From: Convolutriloba macropyga
Taxonomy: Eukaryota
Reading direction: 5' to 3'
Length of the DNA stretch: 64,000 bases
Assembly (NCBI RefSeq): GCF_964194025.1
Contig: NC_134474.1
Coordinates: forward strand, 18,352,001 to 18,416,000
The notes under the pieces were generated by a model. That model was not told where the DNA came from, ran no database searches, and was given only the letters and a program-made list of their open reading frames with translations. The position numbers were made by a program, and so were the translations under genes. The first letter of the stretch is position 1. Each line of letters begins with the position of its first letter. Of this stretch, positions 15,249-24,371 are shown in pieces.

Positions 15249-15433
15249 AATTGGCGTGGGTAATTAATTGCTGTAATTATGTGAGGGGCAATTATGTGAC
15301 ATGTTGAATTTTTGTTTACAAATTTCAGGTCATATTAAAATGTGAAATTAATTGGCGTGGGTTTTCAATTACCCTAGTTATCTGAGGGGTAATTATGTGA
15401 CATGTTGAATTTTTGTTTACAAATTTTAGGTCA
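15249..15433 (+). repeat. Two-copy ~100-bp direct repeat inside the TIR
   Basis: ATTGGCGTGGGT...AATTATGTGACATGTTGAATTTTTGTTTACAAATTT.AGGTCA occurs at ~15249 and ~15351; mirrored in the right TIR. Confidence 0.85.
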
Positions 15434-15517
15434 ATTGCAAAGATTGTTCCCCTAATTGTTTGAATCAATTGTGTAACAAATGTCTTTTGCGCGCTCATTA
15501 ATTGGAAAAAGTCAAGA

Positions 15518-15589
15518 TAGCAAGAGGTAGTTTTGATCTACCGTCCTCTGGGTTATGGGCCCAGCGCGCTCCCACTGCGCCATCTTGCT
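15518..15589 (-). tRNA. tRNA-iMet: Initiator tRNA-Met (CAT) gene, left TIR copy
   Basis: Exact reverse complement of 32689-32760; AAAAA at 15506-15510 is the T-run terminator on the minus strand. Confidence 0.93.
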
Positions 15590-15835
15590 AATTACATGCA
15601 TATATGCATTATTTTTTGTACATTATTTGAAAAAAGATGTTAAATAAAAGAAAAAAATGAATTAAAATAGTATAAAATGACAGACACAGTACAAATTATG
15701 AGCATCAAAATACAAAATCACTTGATATTTTACATTAAATTGGTATAAAGTTTAAAGCATAATTATAAAAATTGACAAAGACAAAATAATAAAAAGATCA
15801 CATGTTAGAGAATAATAAAAGTTATTATAAAAGCT

Positions 15836-18800
15836 CTACAATTTGAGGGGTTCGGTATGGATACCGTCAGCTAGAACTACTCGCTTGGGATAGAAATAGG
15901 ATAACCCTTTCTTTGTCTGTTCATATGTAGCAACACAATGATTTATTGTTCTGAAACCTCTATTTGTCGAAGTAAGGTTGATAATTTCATCCATCACTCG
16001 ACGATATTTTTCCATTGGTCCATCTCCAGTCTCTTCCAGAGTTCTTTTGTTCAGACCTTTGCTACTGAATTTGTACTTGTCCGACTTAGCATCGTAGCAA
16101 CAATAGGTTTTACTGCAGAGACAAATCATTTCGGTGCATCTGAATTCTTCCTTGAAAAGACCTGGTTCCCGTTTATCATGCTCCTTATGTTTAGAACAAC
16201 ATGTTCTAGGGAAAAAGTTTTGTGAGGCATCTGCTCTGAAGGAATCATCACAGTCCTTTTCTCGCAAAGTCTCCCATTCTTCCTTTTTAGCAGGTCGAAT
16301 ACAATCATACAAGTTCTCGTGCGCTAGCGCTAAATAAAGAGAATCTGTATCCATCTCTAACTCTTCGAATTTATCCACATCGCAAAATCTGTCAAAGAAG
16401 TTATAGTAGAGCTCCAACATACGTAATTTTGCGTACTGAAGTATGAAGAAACCAACTATTATAGGTTCTCGATGCTCAATTTTCGATTTCGCAAGCTCAA
16501 CTTCGTAAATTTCTTTTAACACATTGTTCAGACGCTTAAACATTTTCCCATTGATTGCTTTGTGCGTCTTCTCATCATTCAAGTACTTGGTCTCTGTGTG
16601 TCTACTTCTGTCCATAATTTGATACCCATAAGAGCTGTTACCCAACAATTTCATTGTCTCAGCCACAACGCTAGAGTCAGGATTTTCATCACCCGCTCTT
16701 CTAGCATCTACCACTGACTGTACAAATTTGTTGAAGCATTTTTTGGGGGTGTATTGTACAAATCTATAAATCTTTGTACATTTCAGACCAAGACTGAGAT
16801 AAAAGTTGAGCAAAGGTGTAATGATTGTCCCATTTTCCAACTTGAAGCTCGAAATCAACATTCGTTGAGGTTGTTTGAGTAGGTTGTTTTCAATTGCATA
16901 CTCTCTCATATATTCTCCAATATCAGCTCGACTGACATTAAAGTTCTTAAAAATAGGAGGAAAATTAGAGAACTTGTACTTTAATCCGTCTGGAACTTCG
17001 AGATCGCACTGTACATATCCAAACATTTTCCCATCTCTTATTTTCGCTAAAAGAGACTCTTGCTTCATAGGTAGTTTGAAGGGAAAGTTCTTCCTCACGT
17101 GATTTCTAACATCTTCCTCTTCTTTAACACGTTCCCACCATTTACACTCCCAGACTTCAACAATATTGTATCCTTTGTTTCTCAAATAGTCTCTTCTCAA
17201 TTCATCATGTTCTCTTTTTCTGATTCCTCTCTGCATTTCCTCCTCCGAGAGGCTTGCTCGATCTTCTTGGCATGGGCAAAAATGGAAATAACAACCCATT
17301 GCTTCAAATACTGTGTCACAATGAGCACAAAAACCGTCCACGCTAAAACAGTCAATCTTTTTCTGTTTCCCGGTCGTATAATAGCTTTCAATTATGCATT
17401 TCGGGCGTTGTGATTGGAGATAAGACATGACCATGTTCTCAAATGTTCGAAATTTATTGGTTCGAGCTTTGAACTTTTGAGAATTTGTGTCGAGTTCCCA
17501 CCGTGTGTAAATTCCTGTTGGCGTTTCTTGACACATTGAAAAAGGGTAGAGTTGACTAGCATCAATACCCACGATAGATTTACAAATATTTTCTGAATTC
17601 CTGATAAAGGTTTGATCGACTACTGCCTTTCTTGTGAACACAATAGAAGGTCCACCAGTCATGTCCTCGCGTATTTTATCATGTAAATCCTTGTCACTTT
17701 CAACAAATGGGAAGAATTTGTGGTTTGTTGACTGGTGAAGACAAATGTTTGCTAAATTGGGAAGTGTACATCCGAGTTTTAACATGTCGATTCCTTTGTT
17801 GTGATAAAATTTCATCATTTTTTGCATTGCTTCTAGTGTTGGAACAACATCCTTGTTGTTGTACCGCTTGACAAAATCTCTAAATGTAGACATTTGCTCT
17901 TCATCCCAAATCACTTTCAAGTAATTGTAGTTATCGACTCCAGATGGAGGAACTTCTTTCAGTCTCAATTTTTTCAGAGCTTCTTGTTGAGATAGTCCAC
18001 TGTTCAGCAACTTAGTAAAGTCAGTGAATTCTTTCTCCAAAGGGTTGTGATCCTTCAGCTTACTGAAGAAACATTCAAAGGGGGGTAGAAAAGGTGCGTC
18101 AATTTTATTTGGAGAATCGAACCATTCATATGGGAAGAAACCTTTAGTCTCGCTGGTCTTGTAAGCTTTGAGGAATGAATCGAGAGATGTAGCTCCTCCA
18201 AGGAAATTTAGAATGTCAAGGAACTGCACGTCACCGAACTTGAAGGAAACAAAATGATTTGCCTTTTTGATAACTGTAGGTTGAATATCCCGTTCATGAA
18301 TGAGATAAGGTAGAAGGTAGGATTTGATGAGATTCAAATCGTACTTTCCACTGTTGAATCCAAATACAGGTAATGTGTTGATATAACGCTCAAAGTGTTG
18401 TTGCAAGTCCAAAAGTTGATTTTTCTGCATTTGTAGGAACTGAGTAGACATATCAGCTTCCTCCTCCTCCTCAATACACTCATCTTCAAAATCAAATGCA
18501 GGATTTGTTCGACCTTTCCTTTCGATCAATTTTTCAAAGATGGCTTTGACTCGACTATTGATTATCTCTTGAATTGATGCGAATTTTGCTTGCATTTCGG
18601 TTTTACTCTTGTTAGCTAACTCCTCAAGAGCTTCGACAAAAGAAACAATCAGGTTCTTAGGGTCTTTGTCGCAAAGAAACACAGGTTCTTCAATCAAGTT
18701 GGAGGAAATGGAGACAGATATTGGTTCATGTTTTCCAATCCAAGTAGTTGTATTTGTATCTTTTAGCTCTTCAGTGGGAACGCAGATAGATTCAAAGTCA

Positions 18801-20194
18801 AAAATAGCCAAGTTTTTGAACAGTTTTTGATCATCATTGTAAGAAATTCCGAATGCATCGAGTTTATCAAACAAGGTTTCTCGCAGAGCATACACACTCT
18901 TTGGATAAATATGCTGTACTCTGTCTTTGCAGGATTTTACATGACGGTTGAAATTACTTACGTACTTTATAAATGTATCGCAACTGGGGCAACGGAATCG
19001 TTTAAAGAATGTGTTAAAATCATCCACGTAGCATATATGGTTGTTGTATCGCAGTAAATTAATGTTCTTTTCGTACATTTGAACAATTCTTCTTGCAAGT
19101 TCTCCAACGAATTCTCCTTCTTCTATATCAATATCATATATAAAGATGTTATGCTTTATCGCATTTTCAACAAACACGAGATGATCGATTGATACTCCCC
19201 TAAAGTTGATTGCATCATGTCCGGATTCATGAAGAAAGGCACTAAACAAGTTTGCTGCATTCGTTTCCAACTCAGATGATCCGTACAAGTGAACAGCTAT
19301 AGCTCTGAACAGGCAAAGATAATCTTTGTAGGTCTCGCCGTAACCATTCGATACAAGACAATTCACATCTGGTCGTCTAAGTAACTGTTCAGGAAGAACA
19401 GCATCGATACATCCCATTGGAATATTTTTTAGGAGAGCGCAAAATATTGTTACGTTAGTAGTCAAAGCAAATCGCCACTTTGTATTTTCCCTCTCCTGTG
19501 CGCACGTCTCCACTAGATCCATTTTCTCTACTCTGTCTTGAAGAGAGACCAAGTCACCTTTTGAGCAGAGCAAATGAGATTTTTCAAAGAAAGTGTTGTT
19601 CTCATGCGCATAAAAGTATCGATACTCATCTGTGTCCACCTTGCGCAGGATAAAACCAAGAGCTAGATTCACTTTGGCAGCACAATTTAATTTTTCGAAA
19701 ACTTCTTTTAATTTCTCGTTGATCTCATTGGGATCGAGCTTGGACAACTTGAAGTTGAACACTCGATGTCTCCCATTCTCCATTTCCGTATCATCAAAAA
19801 AGTGCTGGCAAGCACTAAGTTCCTGCTGCAATTGCTCGTTGTTCTGGTCTATCTCCTCTGATTCTAGGACTTCTTTGAGCTTTTCACTCGATTTGGTCCC
19901 AACTTTTGTCGAAGTTCCATGCTTTCTCCTCTTGTGTTGTTGAAGAGAATAAAAACTTGGGAACTCTTCCAAGCACAGAGTACACACAGTACTAAGCTTA
20001 ACATCTTTTGGGGCATGATGCTTGGCAAGGTGATAATTCAAGTCTTCCTTCTTCTGAGTATAGTAATTGGGACATTTGGGACATGATAAAGTCCCACTAT
20101 CACAAGACTGTTTGTGTCTTGCCATATTTTTCTTCACCACCATTTTTTCGCACTTTGTGCATTTCACTGGGAGATTTCTATCGAGAGCAGGCAT
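15836..20194 (-). CDS. polB: Protein-primed family B DNA polymerase polyprotein (N-terminal Zn fingers, OTU-like protease, exonuclease, polymerase with Vsr-like insertion), 1452 aa
   Basis: Exonuclease motifs AIFDFES, FGFNSGKYDL, YNNKDV. Polymerase motifs GIDASQLYP, KLLGNSSYG, EMDTDS, KTY/SSKG. OTU-like DYLCLFRAIA...NNHICY. Vsr-like VDGF...EAMGCYFH...VWECKW. Confidence 0.96.
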   Translation of the reverse strand: MPALDRNLPVKCTKCEKMVVKKNMARHKQSCDSGTLSCPKCPNYYTQKKEDLNYHLAKHHAPKDVKLSTVCTLCLEEFPSFYSLQQHKRRKHGTSTKVGTKSSEKLKEVLESEEIDQNNEQLQQELSACQHFFDDTEMENGRHRVFNFKLSKLDPNEINEKLKEVFEKLNCAAKVNLALGFILRKVDTDEYRYFYAHENNTFFEKSHLLCSKGDLVSLQDRVEKMDLVETCAQERENTKWRFALTTNVTIFCALLKNIPMGCIDAVLPEQLLRRPDVNCLVSNGYGETYKDYLCLFRAIAVHLYGSSELETNAANLFSAFLHESGHDAINFRGVSIDHLVFVENAIKHNIFIYDIDIEEGEFVGELARRIVQMYEKNINLLRYNNHICYVDDFNTFFKRFRCPSCDTFIKYVSNFNRHVKSCKDRVQHIYPKSVYALRETLFDKLDAFGISYNDDQKLFKNLAIFDFESICVPTEELKDTNTTTWIGKHEPISVSISSNLIEEPVFLCDKDPKNLIVSFVEALEELANKSKTEMQAKFASIQEIINSRVKAIFEKLIERKGRTNPAFDFEDECIEEEEEADMSTQFLQMQKNQLLDLQQHFERYINTLPVFGFNSGKYDLNLIKSYLLPYLIHERDIQPTVIKKANHFVSFKFGDVQFLDILNFLGGATSLDSFLKAYKTSETKGFFPYEWFDSPNKIDAPFLPPFECFFSKLKDHNPLEKEFTDFTKLLNSGLSQQEALKKLRLKEVPPSGVDNYNYLKVIWDEEQMSTFRDFVKRYNNKDVVPTLEAMQKMMKFYHNKGIDMLKLGCTLPNLANICLHQSTNHKFFPFVESDKDLHDKIREDMTGGPSIVFTRKAVVDQTFIRNSENICKSIVGIDASQLYPFSMCQETPTGIYTRWELDTNSQKFKARTNKFRTFENMVMSYLQSQRPKCIIESYYTTGKQKKIDCFSVDGFCAHCDTVFEAMGCYFHFCPCQEDRASLSEEEMQRGIRKREHDELRRDYLRNKGYNIVEVWECKWWERVKEEEDVRNHVRKNFPFKLPMKQESLLAKIRDGKMFGYVQCDLEVPDGLKYKFSNFPPIFKNFNVSRADIGEYMREYAIENNLLKQPQRMLISSFKLENGTIITPLLNFYLSLGLKCTKIYRFVQYTPKKCFNKFVQSVVDARRAGDENPDSSVVAETMKLLGNSSYGYQIMDRSRHTETKYLNDEKTHKAINGKMFKRLNNVLKEIYEVELAKSKIEHREPIIVGFFILQYAKLRMLELYYNFFDRFCDVDKFEELEMDTDSLYLALAHENLYDCIRPAKKEEWETLREKDCDDSFRADASQNFFPRTCCSKHKEHDKREPGLFKEEFRCTEMICLCSKTYCCYDAKSDKYKFSSKGLNKRTLEETGDGPMEKYRRVMDEIINLTSTNRGFRTINHCVATYEQTKKGLSYFYPKRVVLADGIHTEPLKL

Positions 20195-20312
20195 TGTTAT
20201 GTTAGTTCAATTTGAATTGAGTAAAATTCAGGTAAATTGCGAAGCAACTGAATCTGAAAAACAGAAAGTATAATGATTTAAAGCTGCTATGTAACTTTGA
20301 GGTACTCGATGA

Positions 20313-20359
20313 TGACTCATCCCTTCCATATATGGAAATGACGTCATTTCTATTTTTAG
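20313..20359. promoter_or_regulatory. AP-1 / CArG / CRE / MEF2 motif cluster upstream of pPolB
   Basis: TGACTCA 20313-20319, CCATATATGG 20326-20335, TGACGTCA 20339-20346, CTATTTTTAG 20350-20359; all are perfect consensus matches. Confidence 0.65.
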
Positions 20360-20951
20360 ATTCAGGCGTCATGTCAGAACATTCTAGAAGATTGATATGA
20401 TTCTAATTGTAACAGTTCTGCAAATAATTAACTAGCTTTCAGTTTAAATGTACAAATTCATTCCGTGGCAAAAAATTCGAACTTAACATTTTTTTTCTCA
20501 TTTTCTTCTCACTCTTATTTGTTAAACTTTACTTGAATTTTTCCATTCAGATTATTTCTCCAAAGAAATTACAACAAGAAAACTAGTCTTTAAAAATTCA
20601 CAATTGTTACAGTATTCTGTATAGATTTAGTCCAAAATTTTGTATCTCAAATATTGATAAAATTTACTGCCTGAGATCAATTTTAGATTTACTGAAAATA
20701 GAAAATAGTGAATGAATGTGCTTCCAACACAACAAGAGAGAGATCAAGAAAAAATTTCCATCTACTATTGAAGAACAAGTTTACGTTGTACAACTTAATG
20801 TTGTTGTAATAGAACCTCCCACCCAATCAGACTTCAGCTTTAGAAATCTAATTCTCAAGATAAACGATTTCATTTTATGCATTGCTTTTTCTATTTTAAT
20901 TTTCTTTTATATTAACAGAGTTTTACTTGATACCGTATTCATTTGTGAAAA

Positions 20952-21560
20952 ATGTTGATCAAAAATCACTTACAACTTTTGGAAAAAATTTACAAAAGAA
21001 AGGAAGGAATCGCTGATGCTTACAGAGTAGACGAAATTGATGTTGACTCTTATTTCTTTTACAATTTTTTGGACGTTTTTACTCAAAACAACAGAATTAT
21101 CCGATTTAGTAAAGGATTTGAATATGCAACCTTTTCTATAAAAAAATTCGAGTATGATGACTACATAACAAAACAATCTTTCGATTTATCGTCAGAACTA
21201 CACATCAACAAGTATGAAATGCTCTTCATTTTGAATTATGTCCCAGAGATAATGGAACAGTACAGAAATTTGTCTCAATCTAATTATATCCCAATTCCTG
21301 AACCAGTAACAATTACTTCATCTCTGCAGAGTGCGCTGTTCTTTCATTATTACAAGGACTACAATGCAGAGGGGGTAAGACTACGATTTGGAATACGACT
21401 CCCCAACATTTATATACAAAAATTTAGTTCCAAATTTGGAACATTTTCCGAGATCGATTTGAGATTTAACGAGATGGAGAGAATTTATCAAAGCTTGACT
21501 TTTTTGATCAATTACGTCAACTCATTTCCTCTAACTTATCCATCTTTGGCTGTTAACTAG
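20952..21560 (+). CDS. Polinton accessory protein, 202 aa, possibly two PC4-like repeats
   Basis: ATG-initiated ORF with two strand-strand-helix segments (FSIKKF...LHINKYEM; IYIQKF...IDLRFNEM). Confidence 0.65.
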   Translation: MLIKNHLQLLEKIYKRKEGIADAYRVDEIDVDSYFFYNFLDVFTQNNRIIRFSKGFEYATFSIKKFEYDDYITKQSFDLSSELHINKYEMLFILNYVPEIMEQYRNLSQSNYIPIPEPVTITSSLQSALFFHYYKDYNAEGVRLRFGIRLPNIYIQKFSSKFGTFSEIDLRFNEMERIYQSLTFLINYVNSFPLTYPSLAVN

Positions 21561-21878
21561 GATAACACGTGTAAAAAGTACCTTTTTTGGCCACTATTCA
21601 GTTTTGAGCTTACGGGTTTCGGATAGTAATGTTAGATTTTCTATGAGTTGATTCCTTCTTTGGTAACTTTACAACTGAGACATTTCCTTTTCTGGAAAAT
21701 AACGTCACTTTTTCTGCTAAACTTTACCCTTTTTGGAAACTTTGTTCTCATTGGTTGGAGTTTAGTATAAATAGAGCTGAAAAATTCTCCCGGCATCACT
21801 TGCTTTCTATTCTCTAAAATCAACATCACCTCTGTCTCAACTACTATAAACTCTCATCTAATCTCACCTCATTGAGAA

Positions 21879-22610
21879 ATGGAATTTACAGTGCAGAACA
21901 ACAGCCTTCTCTACTCAGTTTCTTTCACAGAGGAGACTGCTCGGATCAGCATCAGAGACCTGTCGAATGGTCTCTACGAGTCAATTCTAAACCTGCCTAT
22001 CACAGTGTGGCACATTATTGAGCACCAGCGACAACAGTTTGACACATATCATCAGGGACAGGTTCCAATCACGGAGAATCAGCTTGGAACTCACGCAATG
22101 GGTCACGAAGTTGCTGTGATCAGTGGGCATCACTACCCTCACGTTAACGGAACAGATTTTCCCGACAACTACGTTGCTGGAAGCATTCAGTACACATTTC
22201 CATGGGAGGAAGGACAGATTCCCAACAACTGGTTCAATACACCCGAGACAAGTCAAGTATCCAGTCCAGAACCGCAAAACAGCCTTCTCCAGATAGTGAG
22301 CAATGCTGGTAGCAGTGAACAAAGCGAATTGAGTGTTGATACTAGCACCACGTGGTCATTTAATGATCTGGAAAACTTCGATCCAGCTCAATATTATGGT
22401 TCGACTGATATGTCAACTACACCGTCAATGACAACCCCCTCCATAGAGGACGGAACAGCTCACAACCCCATTGTGCTGACTGATGAGGCTCCGATAACTC
22501 CCATCAGTGTTCGACCTACCGAACCGCCAGCAATTGTTGAAAGAGTCCGTCCATTTGGCAATGAAATTCAAAACTTGCCAGATCACGTTGTGAGAACTCT
22601 TTTTGAATAA
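21879..22610 (+). CDS. Acidic S/T/P-rich accessory protein, 243 aa, ending in an RxLF motif
   Basis: Long, relatively GC-rich ORF preceded by TATA-like (TATAAATAG at ~21766, TATAAA at ~21845) and CArG/CRE-like motifs; ends VVRTLFE. Confidence 0.8.
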   Translation: MEFTVQNNSLLYSVSFTEETARISIRDLSNGLYESILNLPITVWHIIEHQRQQFDTYHQGQVPITENQLGTHAMGHEVAVISGHHYPHVNGTDFPDNYVAGSIQYTFPWEEGQIPNNWFNTPETSQVSSPEPQNSLLQIVSNAGSSEQSELSVDTSTTWSFNDLENFDPAQYYGSTDMSTTPSMTTPSIEDGTAHNPIVLTDEAPITPISVRPTEPPAIVERVRPFGNEIQNLPDHVVRTLFE

Positions 22611-23251
22611 GTTTGATATTGTATATTTTATACTTGAATTCTTTGTGATGTATTTATACTTTTGTTTTAATTCATTTCTTTTTAAGTTGAACTTTTTCTT
22701 TACTACAAACACTATGCAAGCTATGTTGAAAAAAAAACACAGCAATTTTTTTCTGTCCAAATTTTAGGAACACTTTGATAAAAATTCTGTTTCTTAACAA
22801 AAGCGATCGTTTAAAAATTGATTTTTAAGAAAAAAACTAAATTACTTTTTCGATTTTTAATAAAAATCTTTGTTTTAAAAATTGATATTTATTGAAACAA
22901 AACAAGTTCGAAAGTTGTCATTTTAAAATGTAAAGAAAATTTCTTTTATTTGCGCAAAATCATACCGTAAAAGGAAGAAAAATGAAAATTTTTTGCGTTT
23001 TTAAATGACAGTTTATGAAAATTTTTTCGACATTCAGGAAAACTTTTTCAATTCAAAACTCGATATTAAACAGAAATTCTTGAAAAAGTTTTCGATTTTT
23101 AGGAGAAAAGTTTGAAAATTTTTTCGATATTTAATAAAAAAGTTGTTTGAATTTTCGATTTTTAAGAAAAGTTTTTGAAAAATTGATTTTTAACATAAGT
23201 TAATTTAAATTATAAAGGTAAATACAAATCACAAGCAAGAAATTATATACT

Positions 23252-23851
23252 TTATTTTCTAATTTCAAGATACAAAAGAGGATTATCAATTATGCCATGT
23301 CCATCTAACAAACAATCAACAATCTTTATAAGTTCACTCTCATACTTTGAATTTCTAAGGGAATGCACCCTATCTAGAAAAGATGATCCAAGGGTTTGAG
23401 TACTCGCATTTCTTTGCTCAGCGCGTAGAAGGTGACGCTTGAACTTCTTTCTACTCAATCGTTTTTTGGAGATACTGGGCACTTTTTCCACGTACTTATT
23501 CTCCAATTTGTGCTCTACCGCTCTGGTTAACTGAGTAAAGACCACTCCTGACTCTTCTATAATGGAACCAAAGAACTGATGTTTATAGAGTGTGTACAAG
23601 CAATCAACTGTTTGATAAACATAAGACAAATTTTCCATTTTCTCTAGTATCTCTTTCACTGAGGATGAAATGAGAATAATGTGGTAGTGACAGGTCTTTA
23701 ATGGACAAAAGTTGTCATTATGAGTAGCAACGGAGTATTTTTTAGTGAGTAGATAAGGTTTATACTCCTTAACTGATACAGAAATGAATAATGTCTTGTC
23801 ATTATAATCTCTGTAAAATTGAGGTAAAACCTGACACATTATTGCTGCCAT
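23252..23851 (-). CDS. Accessory protein, 199 aa, with HYHII (HUH-like) motif, basic NLS and TQT motif
   Basis: ATG-initiated ORF containing CPLKTCHYHIIL, KKRLSRKKFKR and NASTQT. Confidence 0.7.
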   Translation of the reverse strand: MAAIMCQVLPQFYRDYNDKTLFISVSVKEYKPYLLTKKYSVATHNDNFCPLKTCHYHIILISSSVKEILEKMENLSYVYQTVDCLYTLYKHQFFGSIIEESGVVFTQLTRAVEHKLENKYVEKVPSISKKRLSRKKFKRHLLRAEQRNASTQTLGSSFLDRVHSLRNSKYESELIKIVDCLLDGHGIIDNPLLYLEIRK

Positions 23852-23877
23852 TTCTATATCGGGATAACACTATAGAA

Positions 23878-23924
23878 CCTATATATGGAAACAAGAATTA
23901 CGGTAACGTAATTTCTATTTTTAG
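23878..23924. promoter_or_regulatory. CArG-like / bZIP-like / MEF2 cluster between divergent ORFs
   Basis: CTATATATGG (near-CArG), TAACGTAA and CTATTTTTAG (23915-23924), in the same order as at 20326-20359. Confidence 0.5.
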
Positions 23925-23963
23925 AGATAACAAGTTCTGTTTCCATAAAAACCCATTTTCGAA

Positions 23964-24125
23964 ATGATACAGTTCAAGAAACAGAAGGCTAAAAAAATTC
24001 GTTGTTATACTTGTTCAAAATATTTCAAGCACTATTTTTCTTTAATGCAACACAGACGAGCTAAACACCAGGATCCGTTTGAAATTCTGGTTAAAAAATT
24101 TGCGAACCTCAAGATTTCCGAATAG
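23964..24125 (+). CDS. Single C2H2 zinc-finger microprotein, 53 aa (not in the ORF track)
   Basis: Translates as MIQFKKQKAKKIRCYTCSKYFKHYFSLMQHRRAKHQDPFEILVKKFANLKISE*; pattern CxxC-x3-F-x5-L-xx-H-x4-H. Confidence 0.7.
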   Translation: MIQFKKQKAKKIRCYTCSKYFKHYFSLMQHRRAKHQDPFEILVKKFANLKISE

Positions 24126-24129
24126 ATTA

Positions 24130-24197
24130 CCCTATAAGGAAATAACGTCATTTAGCATACCTTTTATGGGTATACATGACGTCATTACCATAAAAGG
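24130..24197. promoter_or_regulatory. CArG-CRE-CArG composite element
   Basis: CCTTTTATGG 24160-24169, TGACGTCA 24177-24184, CCATAAAAGG 24188-24197, preceded by CCCTATAAGG and TAACGTCA. Confidence 0.6.
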
Positions 24198-24371
24198 AAA
24201 TTTTAAGTTATTGAGAGGAATTGCGTACAAATACATCATTTATTTTCTCTTTCACTCTAAGCTCAAGTTGTTGAAATGTCTCTCTCTAAAGTATCACCTT
24301 TTCTTTCGAGTGCTCCTTCAATGTACACTTAATCCTCACCAAAACCAGGGACTGATTCGGTTCCTTTTTAT

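Larger units (their letters stand above)
14686..15718 (+). repeat. Left terminal inverted repeat
   Basis: Reverse complement of 32560-33603, differing by a few substitutions and by G-tract length (G7 left vs C17 right). Confidence 0.96.

Noticed and set aside
18455-18495. DECIEEEEE in pPolB as an Rb-binding LxCxE motif
   Set aside because: It lacks the required Leu.
15938-20273. Short antisense and alternative-frame ORFs over pPolB
   Set aside because: Shadow ORFs without motifs.
20716-20958. 80-aa ORF upstream of ORF 20952
   Set aside because: It may be a damaged accessory gene, but it has no motif or other evidence.
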